Source: an uncultured Gammaproteobacteria bacterium (GTDB lineage Bacteria > Pseudomonadota > Gammaproteobacteria > DRLM01). Taken from it: 64,000 bases of DNA. Position numbers and translations under genes: made by a program. How positions within the stretch are numbered: the stretch's first letter is position 1; every line of letters begins with the position of its first letter. The notes under the pieces are model-generated. The model worked only from the letters and a program-made list of their open reading frames with translations, was not told the origin of the DNA and ran no database searches. The stretch covers positions 418,018-482,017 of the forward strand of contig CAVSNY010000003.1 in the NCBI GenBank assembly GCA_963729605.1, written 5' to 3'. Of this stretch, positions 48,094-57,014 are shown piece by piece.

Positions 48094-50409
48094 ATGACCA
48101 TCGCCCACAACCTCGGCTTCCCCCGCATCGGTGTAAAACGTGAGCTGAAAAAGGCGCAAGAGGCGTATTGGAGCGGCGAGATCGACGCCGCCCAGCTCGC
48201 CGCGGTCGGTAAGGAATTGCGTCTGCGCCATTGGCAAGTGCAGGCCGAGGCCGGCATGGACCTCATCCCGGTCGGTGATTTTTCCTGGTACGACCACATC
48301 CTCGATCTCTCGGCGCTGCTCGGGGTGGTCCCGCCGCGTTTCGGCTGGCCGGGCGGCGAGGTCGATATCGACACCTATTTCCGCATGGCGCGCGGCCGCG
48401 CGCCGACCGGCCAACCCGCCAGCGCCTGCGAGATGACCAAATGGTTCGATACCAACTACCACTACATCGTGCCCGAGTTCGAGCGCGAGCAGCGTTTCAC
48501 CTTGTCGTGCGACAAACTCTTCGACGAAATCGAGGAGGCGCAGGCGTTGGGATATCTCGTGAAACCGGTCATCCCCGGCCCCCTCACCTTTTTATGGCTG
48601 GGCAAAACCAAAGGCGCGGCCTTCGACAAACTCGACCTGCTCGACGCGCTCATCCCCGCTTACGGCGAGATATTGAACCGGCTGCGGATATTGGGCATCG
48701 AGTGGCTGCAAATCGACGAACCCATCCTCGCCCTCGACCTGCCGCCGGCCTGGCAGCAGGCCTTTGAAGCGACCTACAACCGCCTGCAAAACAGCGGCCT
48801 CAAAGTTTTGCTCGCCACTTACTTCGGCGGCCTGCAAGACAACCTCACCCTCGCCTGCCGTCTGCCGGTGGCCGGTCTGCACATCGACGCGGTACGCGCG
48901 CCGGAAGAGATCGACACGGTGATCAGCTGGCTGCCCGGCTACAAAGTCCTGTCGCTCGGCATCATCGACGGCCGCAACATCTGGCGCGCCGACCTCGCCC
49001 CGCTGCTCGATCGCCTCGCCGACGTAAAAGCCAAATTGGGCGAACGTCTGTGGCTGGCGCCGTCTTGTTCGCTGCTGCATGTGCCGGTGGATCTGGAACA
49101 TGAAACCGCCATGGACGAAGAGATCAAATCCTGGCTGGCCTTCGCCGCGCAAAAACTCGGTGAAGTCGTCACGCTCAAGCGCGGCCTGGATCAAGGCCGC
49201 GAGTCGATCACGGACGCGCTGGCGAAATCGACGCAGGCCCGGCGGGTCCGCGCCGGCTCATCCCGCATCCACAATCCGGCGGTCAAACAGGCTTGCGCCG
49301 ACATCAGCGACGTTTGGACCCGCCGCAACCACGCTTATCCAGAACGCGCCGCGCAACAAAAGGCCTGGCTGAAACTCCCGCTGTTCCCGACCACCACCAT
49401 CGGTTCGTTCCCGCAGACCGACGCAATCCGGCAATGCCGGCGCGATTTCAAACAAGGGCGGCTCAGCGAAGTCGAATACCACCAGCTCATGCAGGCCGAG
49501 ATCGCCCACGCCGTGCGGAAACAGGAACAACTCGGCCTCGACGTGCTGGTGCACGGCGAAGCGGAACGCAACGACATGGTGGAATACTTCGGCGAACAAT
49601 TGGACGGCTTCGCCTTCAGCCGCAACGGCTGGGTGCAGTCCTACGGTTCGCGCTGCGTCAAACCGCCCATCATCTACGGCGACGTGAGCCGCCCTCGCCC
49701 GATGACGGTGGCCTGGAGCCGTTACGCGCAATCGCTGACCGACAAACCGATGAAGGGCATGCTCACCGGCCCGGTGACGATTTTAAATTGGTCCTTCGTG
49801 CGCGACGATCAACCGCGCGCCACGACCTGTCTGCAAATCGCCCTGGCGCTGCGCGCCGAAGTGGTGGATCTGGAGGCGGCCGACATCAAGATCATCCAGA
49901 TCGACGAGGCCGCCCTGCGCGAAGGCCTGCCGCTCCGCAAAAAAGACTGGCGGACTTATCTCGACTGGGCGGTGCGGGCCTTCCGGATCAGCGCCTCGGG
50001 CGTGGACGACGCCACGCAAATCCACACCCACATGTGTTATTCGGAATTCAACGACATCATCGAAGCGGTGGCCGCGATGGACGCCGACGTCATCACCATC
50101 GAGACCTCGCGGTCGGACATGGAACTGCTCGACGCCTTCGAGCGCTTCGCTTATCCCAACGAAATCGGGCCGGGCGTCTACGACATCCACACGCCCAACG
50201 TGCCGAGCGTCGATGAAATTGTCGCGCTCATGGAGAAGGCCGCCCGCTACATCCCCGCCGAGCGGCTGTGGATCAACCCCGACTGCGGGCTCAAAACCCG
50301 CCGCTGGCCGGAGGTGGAAACGGCCCTCACTCATATGATGGCGGCGGCACGGCAACTGCGCGAGAACCGAGGGAAAGAAGAAATAAGCCTCGAGTCCAAG
50401 ACCGGTTGA
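48094..50409 (+). CDS. metE: Cobalamin-independent methionine synthase
   Basis: [35 protein letters not shown]. Confidence 0.98.
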   Translation: MTIAHNLGFPRIGVKRELKKAQEAYWSGEIDAAQLAAVGKELRLRHWQVQAEAGMDLIPVGDFSWYDHILDLSALLGVVPPRFGWPGGEVDIDTYFRMARGRAPTGQPASACEMTKWFDTNYHYIVPEFEREQRFTLSCDKLFDEIEEAQALGYLVKPVIPGPLTFLWLGKTKGAAFDKLDLLDALIPAYGEILNRLRILGIEWLQIDEPILALDLPPAWQQAFEATYNRLQNSGLKVLLATYFGGLQDNLTLACRLPVAGLHIDAVRAPEEIDTVISWLPGYKVLSLGIIDGRNIWRADLAPLLDRLADVKAKLGERLWLAPSCSLLHVPVDLEHETAMDEEIKSWLAFAAQKLGEVVTLKRGLDQGRESITDALAKSTQARRVRAGSSRIHNPAVKQACADISDVWTRRNHAYPERAAQQKAWLKLPLFPTTTIGSFPQTDAIRQCRRDFKQGRLSEVEYHQLMQAEIAHAVRKQEQLGLDVLVHGEAERNDMVEYFGEQLDGFAFSRNGWVQSYGSRCVKPPIIYGDVSRPRPMTVAWSRYAQSLTDKPMKGMLTGPVTILNWSFVRDDQPRATTCLQIALALRAEVVDLEAADIKIIQIDEAALREGLPLRKKDWRTYLDWAVRAFRISASGVDDATQIHTHMCYSEFNDIIEAVAAMDADVITIETSRSDMELLDAFERFAYPNEIGPGVYDIHTPNVPSVDEIVALMEKAARYIPAERLWINPDCGLKTRRWPEVETALTHMMAAARQLRENRGKEEISLESKTG

Positions 50410-50535
50410 TTCATTCGGGATAAGAATCGGCGGCGGCGAAGCCCGGCATGGATCGCCGCCGTGGTTTGGATTGCCTTATTCCGCGTAGCTGCCTATATTC
50501 AGCCATGACTTTTAGCGGACCGCTTTCTATTCGCC

Positions 50536-51687
50536 ATGGCCGTCGACTCATTCCCCAGCGCAAACTACGCCCACGAATTTCCGCTGGATGAAAACCTGGT
50601 TTATTTGAATCACGCCGCGGTCGGCCCCTGGCCGCGGCGCAGCGCCGACGCGGTGCAGCGTTTCGCCGAGGAGAACGCGGTTCATGGCGCACGCCATTAT
50701 CCGCGCTGGACCAAGGTCGAAACCGCCTTGCGCGAACAATGCCGCCTCTTGCTCAACGCCCCCAGCGCCGCCGACATCGCTTTGCTCAAAAACACGTCCG
50801 AAGGACTCTCGGTGATCGCCTACGGCCTGCCCTGGCAGGCCGGCGACAATGTGGTGATCAGCGATCAGGAATTCCCGTCCAACCGCATCGTCTGGGAGTC
50901 CTTGAGCACACTGGGCGTGGAATGCCGGGAGGCCGTGTTGGGCGCCGATCCGGAACAGGCCTTGTTCGCGCGCGTCGATCGGCGCACGCGCCTGCTCGCC
51001 ATCAGCTCGGTGCAATATGCCAGCGGCCTGCGCATGGACTTGGCGCGCATCGGCGAATTTTGCCGCGAGCGCGGCATCTTGTTTTGCGTCGATGCCATCC
51101 AAACCCTCGGCGCCCTGCCGCTGGACGTATCGGCCATTCACGCCGATTTCGTGGTGGCCGACGGCCACAAATGGCTGCTCGGTCCCGAGGGACTCGCGAT
51201 TTTTTATTGCCGCGCGGAACGGCGCGACCAACTGCAACTGCGGCAATACGGCTGGCATATGGTGGAACAGCTCGGCGATTACGATCGCCGCGACTGGCGA
51301 CCCGCCCGCTCGGCGCGGCGTTTCGAATGCGGCAGTCCCAATATGCTCGGCATCCACGCGCTGCACGCCAGCCTTTCCTTGCTGCTGGAAGTGGGCATGC
51401 AACGCGTCGCGCAAGGCGTGCTGGACAACGCGGCCTATCTGATCGAACAACTCCGCAGGCTGCCCGACGTGGAACTGCTCTCCCCCGCCGATCGCGCGCG
51501 TCACGCCGGCATCGTCACCTTCCGCCACCGGCAGATCGACGGCGCGGCCTTGTGGCGCGCGCTCACCGAACGCGGCGTGATCTGCGCCGCGCGCGGCGGC
51601 GGGGTGCGCTTTTCCCCCCACTTCCATACCACGCGGACACAACTGGACCGCGCCGTCGAATCGTTGCGCGCCTGTATCCGGGATTGA
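50536..51687 (+). CDS. Class-V PLP-dependent aminotransferase / cysteine desulfurase-like
   Basis: YLNHAA, NTSEG, VDAIQ, DGHKWLLGPEG, RFSPHF. Confidence 0.9.
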   Translation: MAVDSFPSANYAHEFPLDENLVYLNHAAVGPWPRRSADAVQRFAEENAVHGARHYPRWTKVETALREQCRLLLNAPSAADIALLKNTSEGLSVIAYGLPWQAGDNVVISDQEFPSNRIVWESLSTLGVECREAVLGADPEQALFARVDRRTRLLAISSVQYASGLRMDLARIGEFCRERGILFCVDAIQTLGALPLDVSAIHADFVVADGHKWLLGPEGLAIFYCRAERRDQLQLRQYGWHMVEQLGDYDRRDWRPARSARRFECGSPNMLGIHALHASLSLLLEVGMQRVAQGVLDNAAYLIEQLRRLPDVELLSPADRARHAGIVTFRHRQIDGAALWRALTERGVICAARGGGVRFSPHFHTTRTQLDRAVESLRACIRD

Positions 51688-51971
51688 TCCCCGCCCCGTC
51701 GATTAGGCCGGGCTCGGTTTGGGCAGCTTGCCGGGCGCGCGGTTTGCTTATCTCTTGAGATCGCCCCTGATATGGTGCCCGGCGTTGGAAACGGCGGTGA
51801 CTGGATTCGCCCTGTTAATGCCCGCGATTTTTCAGTGACTGGAGCCGTAAAACGTTTGTATAAAACTCGGCGCCCATTTCCGCAAACTTGGCGTTAAGCT
51901 ATCCGACACTCGAAGCGGAAGCCGGCTTGCGCGATAATGCCCCGCCGATGCGTTCGACTACAAGGAACCTC

Positions 51972-53141
51972 ATGTCCGACCCGCAAAACAGACTCGCCTC
52001 CATGACCGGCCTGCTGGCCGAACTGGTATCGCGCCCCAGCCGTACCGGCGAAGACAGTTGTGGCGCCACGCTGCATTGCATCGCCGCTTGGTTGACGCAA
52101 CGCGGCGTCGCGACCCACTGGCTGCATGACGGCGACGGCCAAGTGCTCGGCCTGTGGGGTGAGATCAGCGGCGAACGGCCGGGCCCGCTGTATGTGCTCA
52201 ACGCCCCCGCCGACACCGCGCCGTTCGGTGAACGGACCGCATGGACTCATCCGCCCGAACGCGCCACCATCAGCGACGGCTGGTTGTACGGCCGCGGCGC
52301 CGCCGACAGCAAGGCGGGTATCGCGGTGTTCTGCCACGTGATCGCCGACCTGTCGCCACAGCGCGATACGTTGCGCGGCAAACTCGGTTTCGTATTCGAC
52401 GCCGAAGAACACTCGGGCAGCTTCGCCGGCATACGCCGCTATTTGGAAACACGCGCGCATGAAACCATCAGCGGCGTGATGATCGGTTATCCCGGCAACG
52501 ACAAAGTGGTGGTAGGCGCGCGCGGTTTTCTGCGGGCCTGCGTGCACGTGCACGGCGTGGCGGCGCATTCCGGTTCGTCCGGCGGGAACGGCATCAACGC
52601 CATCGAGCGCGCGCGGCAATTATTGGATTCGATGGCCGGCTCGCCTCTGCCCGACGCGGACTCGCAGTTTCCGCTGCCACCCAAAGTGACCGCCACCGGC
52701 ATCCGCGGCGGCGGGAGTTACACCTTGATTCCCGATCACTGCGCACTCGACATCGACATGCGTCTCACGCCCGCCTTCGACGCCGCCGCGGCGCAACGCT
52801 GGCTGAGCCGGCTCACCGCGACGCTGGATGCGCACGGCGCGGCGCCCGCCACCACCATTACCTGGCAGCCCGGCTGGCCCGCTTATCGACTTTCAGCGGA
52901 TCATCCCATGGTTGCCGCGCTGACGGCCGCGGCGCGCGAGGCATTCGGGCATGCGATACCGCCCGCCGTGGTCGGTCCTTCGAGCATCGCCAACCTGCTC
53001 GCCACGCAGGGCATCCCCGCCACCGCCGGCCTGGGCGTCACTTACCGTAACATCCACGCCCCGGACGAGTGCGTCGAACTCGCGAGCCTGGAAGCGACTT
53101 ATCAGACTTATTTACGCGCGGCGAGGCGGTTATTGAAATAA
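51972..53141 (+). CDS. M20/ArgE-DapE-family metallohydrolase (atypical first metal motif)
   Basis: LYGRGAADSK, AEEH, AHSG, DMRLTP, IHAPDE. Confidence 0.85.
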   Translation: MSDPQNRLASMTGLLAELVSRPSRTGEDSCGATLHCIAAWLTQRGVATHWLHDGDGQVLGLWGEISGERPGPLYVLNAPADTAPFGERTAWTHPPERATISDGWLYGRGAADSKAGIAVFCHVIADLSPQRDTLRGKLGFVFDAEEHSGSFAGIRRYLETRAHETISGVMIGYPGNDKVVVGARGFLRACVHVHGVAAHSGSSGGNGINAIERARQLLDSMAGSPLPDADSQFPLPPKVTATGIRGGGSYTLIPDHCALDIDMRLTPAFDAAAAQRWLSRLTATLDAHGAAPATTITWQPGWPAYRLSADHPMVAALTAAAREAFGHAIPPAVVGPSSIANLLATQGIPATAGLGVTYRNIHAPDECVELASLEATYQTYLRAARRLLK

Positions 53142-53299
53142 ACTGGAACCTATCTCAAATCACGCCCCCTCTCTCACCAAGGGGAGAGGGAACGGTGGAC
53201 ATGAAATATCACATTGACGACCGTACCGCCATTGTTGCCCCTCTCCCCTCGCGGGAGAGGGGTTGGGGAGAGGGAGATGATTTCGAGATAGGTTCTAGT
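53142..53299. mobile_element. MITE-like element with terminal inverted repeats enclosing REP-like palindromes
   Basis: ACTGGAACCTATCTCAAATCA … TGATTTCGAGATAGGTTCTAGT; internal CCCTCTC…GAGAGGG hairpins. Confidence 0.6.
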
Positions 53300-53360
53300 G
53301 TAATGCTTCGCAATTGATCGAACATATGCGAGGTGATGAAAGGGCATACTGTCTTCATCC

Positions 53361-53407
53361 TTCCCCTCCTCAAATGAGGAGGGGTGGCGCGATAGCGCCG
53401 GGGTGGT
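53361..53407. repeat. REP-like palindrome, same family as 31130
   Basis: CCCCTCCTCAAATGAGGAGGGGTGGCGC…GCGCCGGGGTGGT. Confidence 0.65.
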
Positions 53408-53480
53408 GAGTGCAAAGGCGCGGTGAACACACACTGAATTTACAAAGCATTACACCAGGGTTTAAAAAGGGAACACGACA

Positions 53481-56400
53481 ATGAGCAACGGACATGACTT
53501 CACCCGCGGCACCGACCGCTTCCACACCCAGGAACTGCGCATCGCGCTGGTGATGAACGGCGGCGTCAGCCTGGCGGTGTGGATCGGCGGCGTGACCCAC
53601 GAGATCAACCGCCTGGTGCGCGGCGAATCGATTTATTTCAAACTCTGCGACGCCCTCGCACTGAAACCGCGGGTGGACGTGATCTCCGGCACCAGCGCCG
53701 GCGGCATCAACGGCGGCCTGCTCGCCCTGGCCCTCACTCAAGACACCTCGCTGGATCCGCTGCGCAATATCTGGCTCGAGAAAGGCGATATGCTCACCTT
53801 GCTGCGCACGCCCACCGGCGAAGATCCGCCGTCGCTGCTGGACGGCGGTTATTTCTACAGGGCGATGGTCCAGAGTTTCGGCGTCATCGCCAATCAAACC
53901 GGCAAATCGTTTCAAAGCGCCGACCGCGTGCCTATTGATTTGACGCTGACCACCACGGTGCTGCAAGGCGAAGTGCGCGACTTTCCCGACGACCTCGGCA
54001 CGGTAATCCGCGACGTCACGCACCGCGGCCGCATGGAATTCAAACGCGGCCCCGACATCAGCGGCGATCCTTTCGCCGACGCCGACATCGTGCGTAAACT
54101 CGCCACCGCCGCCCGCGCCACCGCGTCGTTTCCCGGCGCTTTCGAACCCTTCTTTTTGCCGGGTCCGGAAAACAAAGGCATCACCGCCGGCGGCGAACCG
54201 GTGGCGGATTTAACCGGCCACGCCAATTTCCGTCTCGACCGCTTCGTGGTGGACGGCGGCGTGCTCGACAACAACCCGCTCGAGGCGGCCATCGACGCGG
54301 TGTTCCGCCAGCGCGCCGAGCGGCATGTGCGGCGGGTCCTGGCCTACGTGGTGCCGGATCCGGGACAAATTCCCGATTCCGTTCCGCAACGCGCCGACGC
54401 CTTTCCCACCATGGCGCAGACCGTACTCGCCTCGCTGGTGAGTATTCCCCGCGTCGAATCCATTTCCGACCAATTGCGCGCGATCGCCGAACACAACCGC
54501 TCGATCACCGGCAAGCGCGACACCCGCGTGGTCATCGCCCAAATCCTCGGCTGGCAATCCGCTGAGGTGATCGCCCAGCAATCCTTCGACGGCTACCGCA
54601 AATTCCGCGCCCTCAGCGCCGCCGAACACATCGCCGCCGCGCTCGCCAGCGGTGCGGCGCGCTGCGTCGATGCGCAAGGCCAACCCATCGCCATCGGCTG
54701 GCGGCGGCGCGAACAACTCGCCAGTCAATTGGCGCAATTGAATCCCGCGCCGTGGATACCCTCCGAGTTGAGTTTCAACTACGCGCGCGGTTGGGACTGG
54801 GGCTTGTTCACCTTGGAAAACGTCACCCTGGTGCTGATGGATGTTTTGCGCCGCGCCGCGCGTCTCGCCCCCGTGCGGCGCAGCGAACTGAGCACCGAAC
54901 TCTGGGACAGTCTGCGCATCAGCCGCCGCAAGACCTACGACTTGGTCGCGGAACTCGGGCACCTGCGCAAGCTCGATCGCCGTCACTGGGAAAACCGCGG
55001 CACGGCCCGTTGCCAGGATTTACTGGCCGGCTTCGATCTGGCGAGCGACGGCCCCTTGCGCGGCATCATTCAAGATGAACTGCAACTTTGGATCGCGATG
55101 TTCGAAAGCGTGACGCCTCCGGCCGAACCGGCACGCGCCGCGGACACCCTTCGTCCGCCGTTCACCTTCACCGATTTGGCGGAGCGCGTTGGCCGAATAT
55201 TTTTGGAGAGCGCGCCACTTCTGCGCGCCATCCTCGCCCGCCCCCCTTCGGAACGCGACCGCGGCCGCCACGAAGAATTGACCGCGCTCACCGAATTTCT
55301 CCTCCCCGGCGATCAACCGAACATCGCCACCCTCCGGCAACGCCTGCTCACCTTGGAAGTCGTGCAATACACCTTCGGCGGCGAACATTTGCAGGATCAA
55401 CACTTGGAGTTGGTGCAGATCAGCGCCAACACACCCACCGCTTTCGGCGGGCCGAGCCGCCTCGAAGAAAAACTCGCCGGCGTGCAAATCGCCCATTTCG
55501 GCGCATTTTATAAACGTTCCTGGCGCGTCAACGATTGGATGTTCGGCCGTCTCGACGGTGCCGAACGTTTGATGCGGATCGTGCTCGACCCGAGCCGGCT
55601 GGTGCGCCTGTTCGGTTGGGAACCCGGCGACCCGCGTAATCCCGACGAAGCCGTCGCCACCGTATTGGAACTGGTCCGCGGCGTGGCCTTCGACGACGTG
55701 CGCCGCGAAGACGATCGCGAATTGCTCGAAGGCGAATGGCGCGCGCGACTCGCCGCCATGCGAGACGAACTCGCCTATCTCGCCGATCCGGCGCGGCCCA
55801 TCCCCGAACAACTGCCGGAATGCGCCGGCCTGCTGGTCGCGCGTCTGCATCTCGACATCCTGCGCCAGGAAATGCCGCAACTCGCCGACGCGGTCGGCGA
55901 CGACGGCTTGGACGGCGCCGATGCCAACGGCAACGGTCCTAAATTCCTGCGGCGTTTCGAACGCGCGTTAGGCATACCCGCGGCGGAGAACGCGGCCGGC
56001 CTACGTCAAAAATCACCCGCCGTCGCCGGACAACTGCCCGCCGAACAACTGGTGGAATTGTTCAGAGAGGCCAAAGTCGGCGAGGAAAAAGTTCAGCAGG
56101 AATTCGGCAGCGACCGCTTCACCGTGATGGCGGCCCGCGCCACCGCCGTGGCCAGCACGACCCTGGCCGGCAAACACTCGGGATTGAAACTGTTGCGCGG
56201 CGTCTTCGCCGCGACGCGGCTGCCGCTGATCACCCTCGACATCATCGTCAGCGGTTTATTGAAACGCGGCCGCGCCATGGTCGGCCTCTACGCGATGATC
56301 ATGGCCGCCGCCTTCACGATCGTGATCTCGCCCTTCCTCGCCGGCGCCGAATGGCCCGGCCTGGTGATCGCCGCCGCGCTGATCGCACTGGCCGCGGGCT

Positions 56401-56498
56401 TCGTCGTCTTCCTGCGCCGCCACGTCAAACTCATGCTGTTCGCGCTGCTGATATTGGCGGCGTTGTGGGTGTGGTTGTTGGTGATTCCGAAAGACTAG
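53481..56498 (+). CDS. Patatin-like protein with DUF3376-type domain and C-terminal TMs
   Basis: GGVSLAVWIGG, GTSAG nucleophile motif, DGGVLDN, HFGAFYKRSWRVNDWMFGRLDG. Confidence 0.92.
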   Translation: MSNGHDFTRGTDRFHTQELRIALVMNGGVSLAVWIGGVTHEINRLVRGESIYFKLCDALALKPRVDVISGTSAGGINGGLLALALTQDTSLDPLRNIWLEKGDMLTLLRTPTGEDPPSLLDGGYFYRAMVQSFGVIANQTGKSFQSADRVPIDLTLTTTVLQGEVRDFPDDLGTVIRDVTHRGRMEFKRGPDISGDPFADADIVRKLATAARATASFPGAFEPFFLPGPENKGITAGGEPVADLTGHANFRLDRFVVDGGVLDNNPLEAAIDAVFRQRAERHVRRVLAYVVPDPGQIPDSVPQRADAFPTMAQTVLASLVSIPRVESISDQLRAIAEHNRSITGKRDTRVVIAQILGWQSAEVIAQQSFDGYRKFRALSAAEHIAAALASGAARCVDAQGQPIAIGWRRREQLASQLAQLNPAPWIPSELSFNYARGWDWGLFTLENVTLVLMDVLRRAARLAPVRRSELSTELWDSLRISRRKTYDLVAELGHLRKLDRRHWENRGTARCQDLLAGFDLASDGPLRGIIQDELQLWIAMFESVTPPAEPARAADTLRPPFTFTDLAERVGRIFLESAPLLRAILARPPSERDRGRHEELTALTEFLLPGDQPNIATLRQRLLTLEVVQYTFGGEHLQDQHLELVQISANTPTAFGGPSRLEEKLAGVQIAHFGAFYKRSWRVNDWMFGRLDGAERLMRIVLDPSRLVRLFGWEPGDPRNPDEAVATVLELVRGVAFDDVRREDDRELLEGEWRARLAAMRDELAYLADPARPIPEQLPECAGLLVARLHLDILRQEMPQLADAVGDDGLDGADANGNGPKFLRRFERALGIPAAENAAGLRQKSPAVAGQLPAEQLVELFREAKVGEEKVQQEFGSDRFTVMAARATAVASTTLAGKHSGLKLLRGVFAATRLPLITLDIIVSGLLKRGRAMVGLYAMIMAAAFTIVISPFLAGAEWPGLVIAAALIALAAGFVVFLRRHVKLMLFALLILAALWVWLLVIPKD

Positions 56499-56548
56499 CG
56501 GGCAGTGCTATATCCGGGCTACGTTTTCTTTTGTCGTCGGGGGTATCC

Positions 56549-56836
56549 ATGTCCATAGAATCCGCCATTCAAAATCTCCAGTTGCTCTCATTTACTTACG
56601 ATGGCTACTCTCGTGTCGTCGAACCTCACACTTACGGCATTGATACCAAGAGCCACTTGGCGCTTCGCGCCTATCAAGTGCGAGGTGGAAGCGAGTCTGG
56701 CGAATATGTCGGCTGGAAGTTATTTCACGTCGACGAAATGCGCGGATTAACCGTGCTTTCAGAACGCTTCGTAGGTGCTCGGCCAAAATACAAGCGCGGT
56801 GATAGTGCTTTTTTCACCATACATGCTCAGCTTTAG
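56549..56836 (+). CDS. Stand-alone WYL-domain-like small protein (start MSIES)
   Basis: AIQ….FTYDG..R.VEPH..G…LRAYQ…GWKLF; more AT-rich than its flanks. Confidence 0.75.
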   Translation: MSIESAIQNLQLLSFTYDGYSRVVEPHTYGIDTKSHLALRAYQVRGGSESGEYVGWKLFHVDEMRGLTVLSERFVGARPKYKRGDSAFFTIHAQL

Positions 56837-57014
56837 CCCGATAGGGTGCATTTCATGCAACTCAATCCGCGTCAGCACAACCACCACCAGCGGTTATAAC
56901 ACCTACGCATGGCGTTTCGTCCATCATGGCGATAAACATCAAACCACCACCATTATGTCCACCCGTGCAATGGTGCATGGAATACACCCTACTTGGGTTC
57001 AACCGCCCATACTG

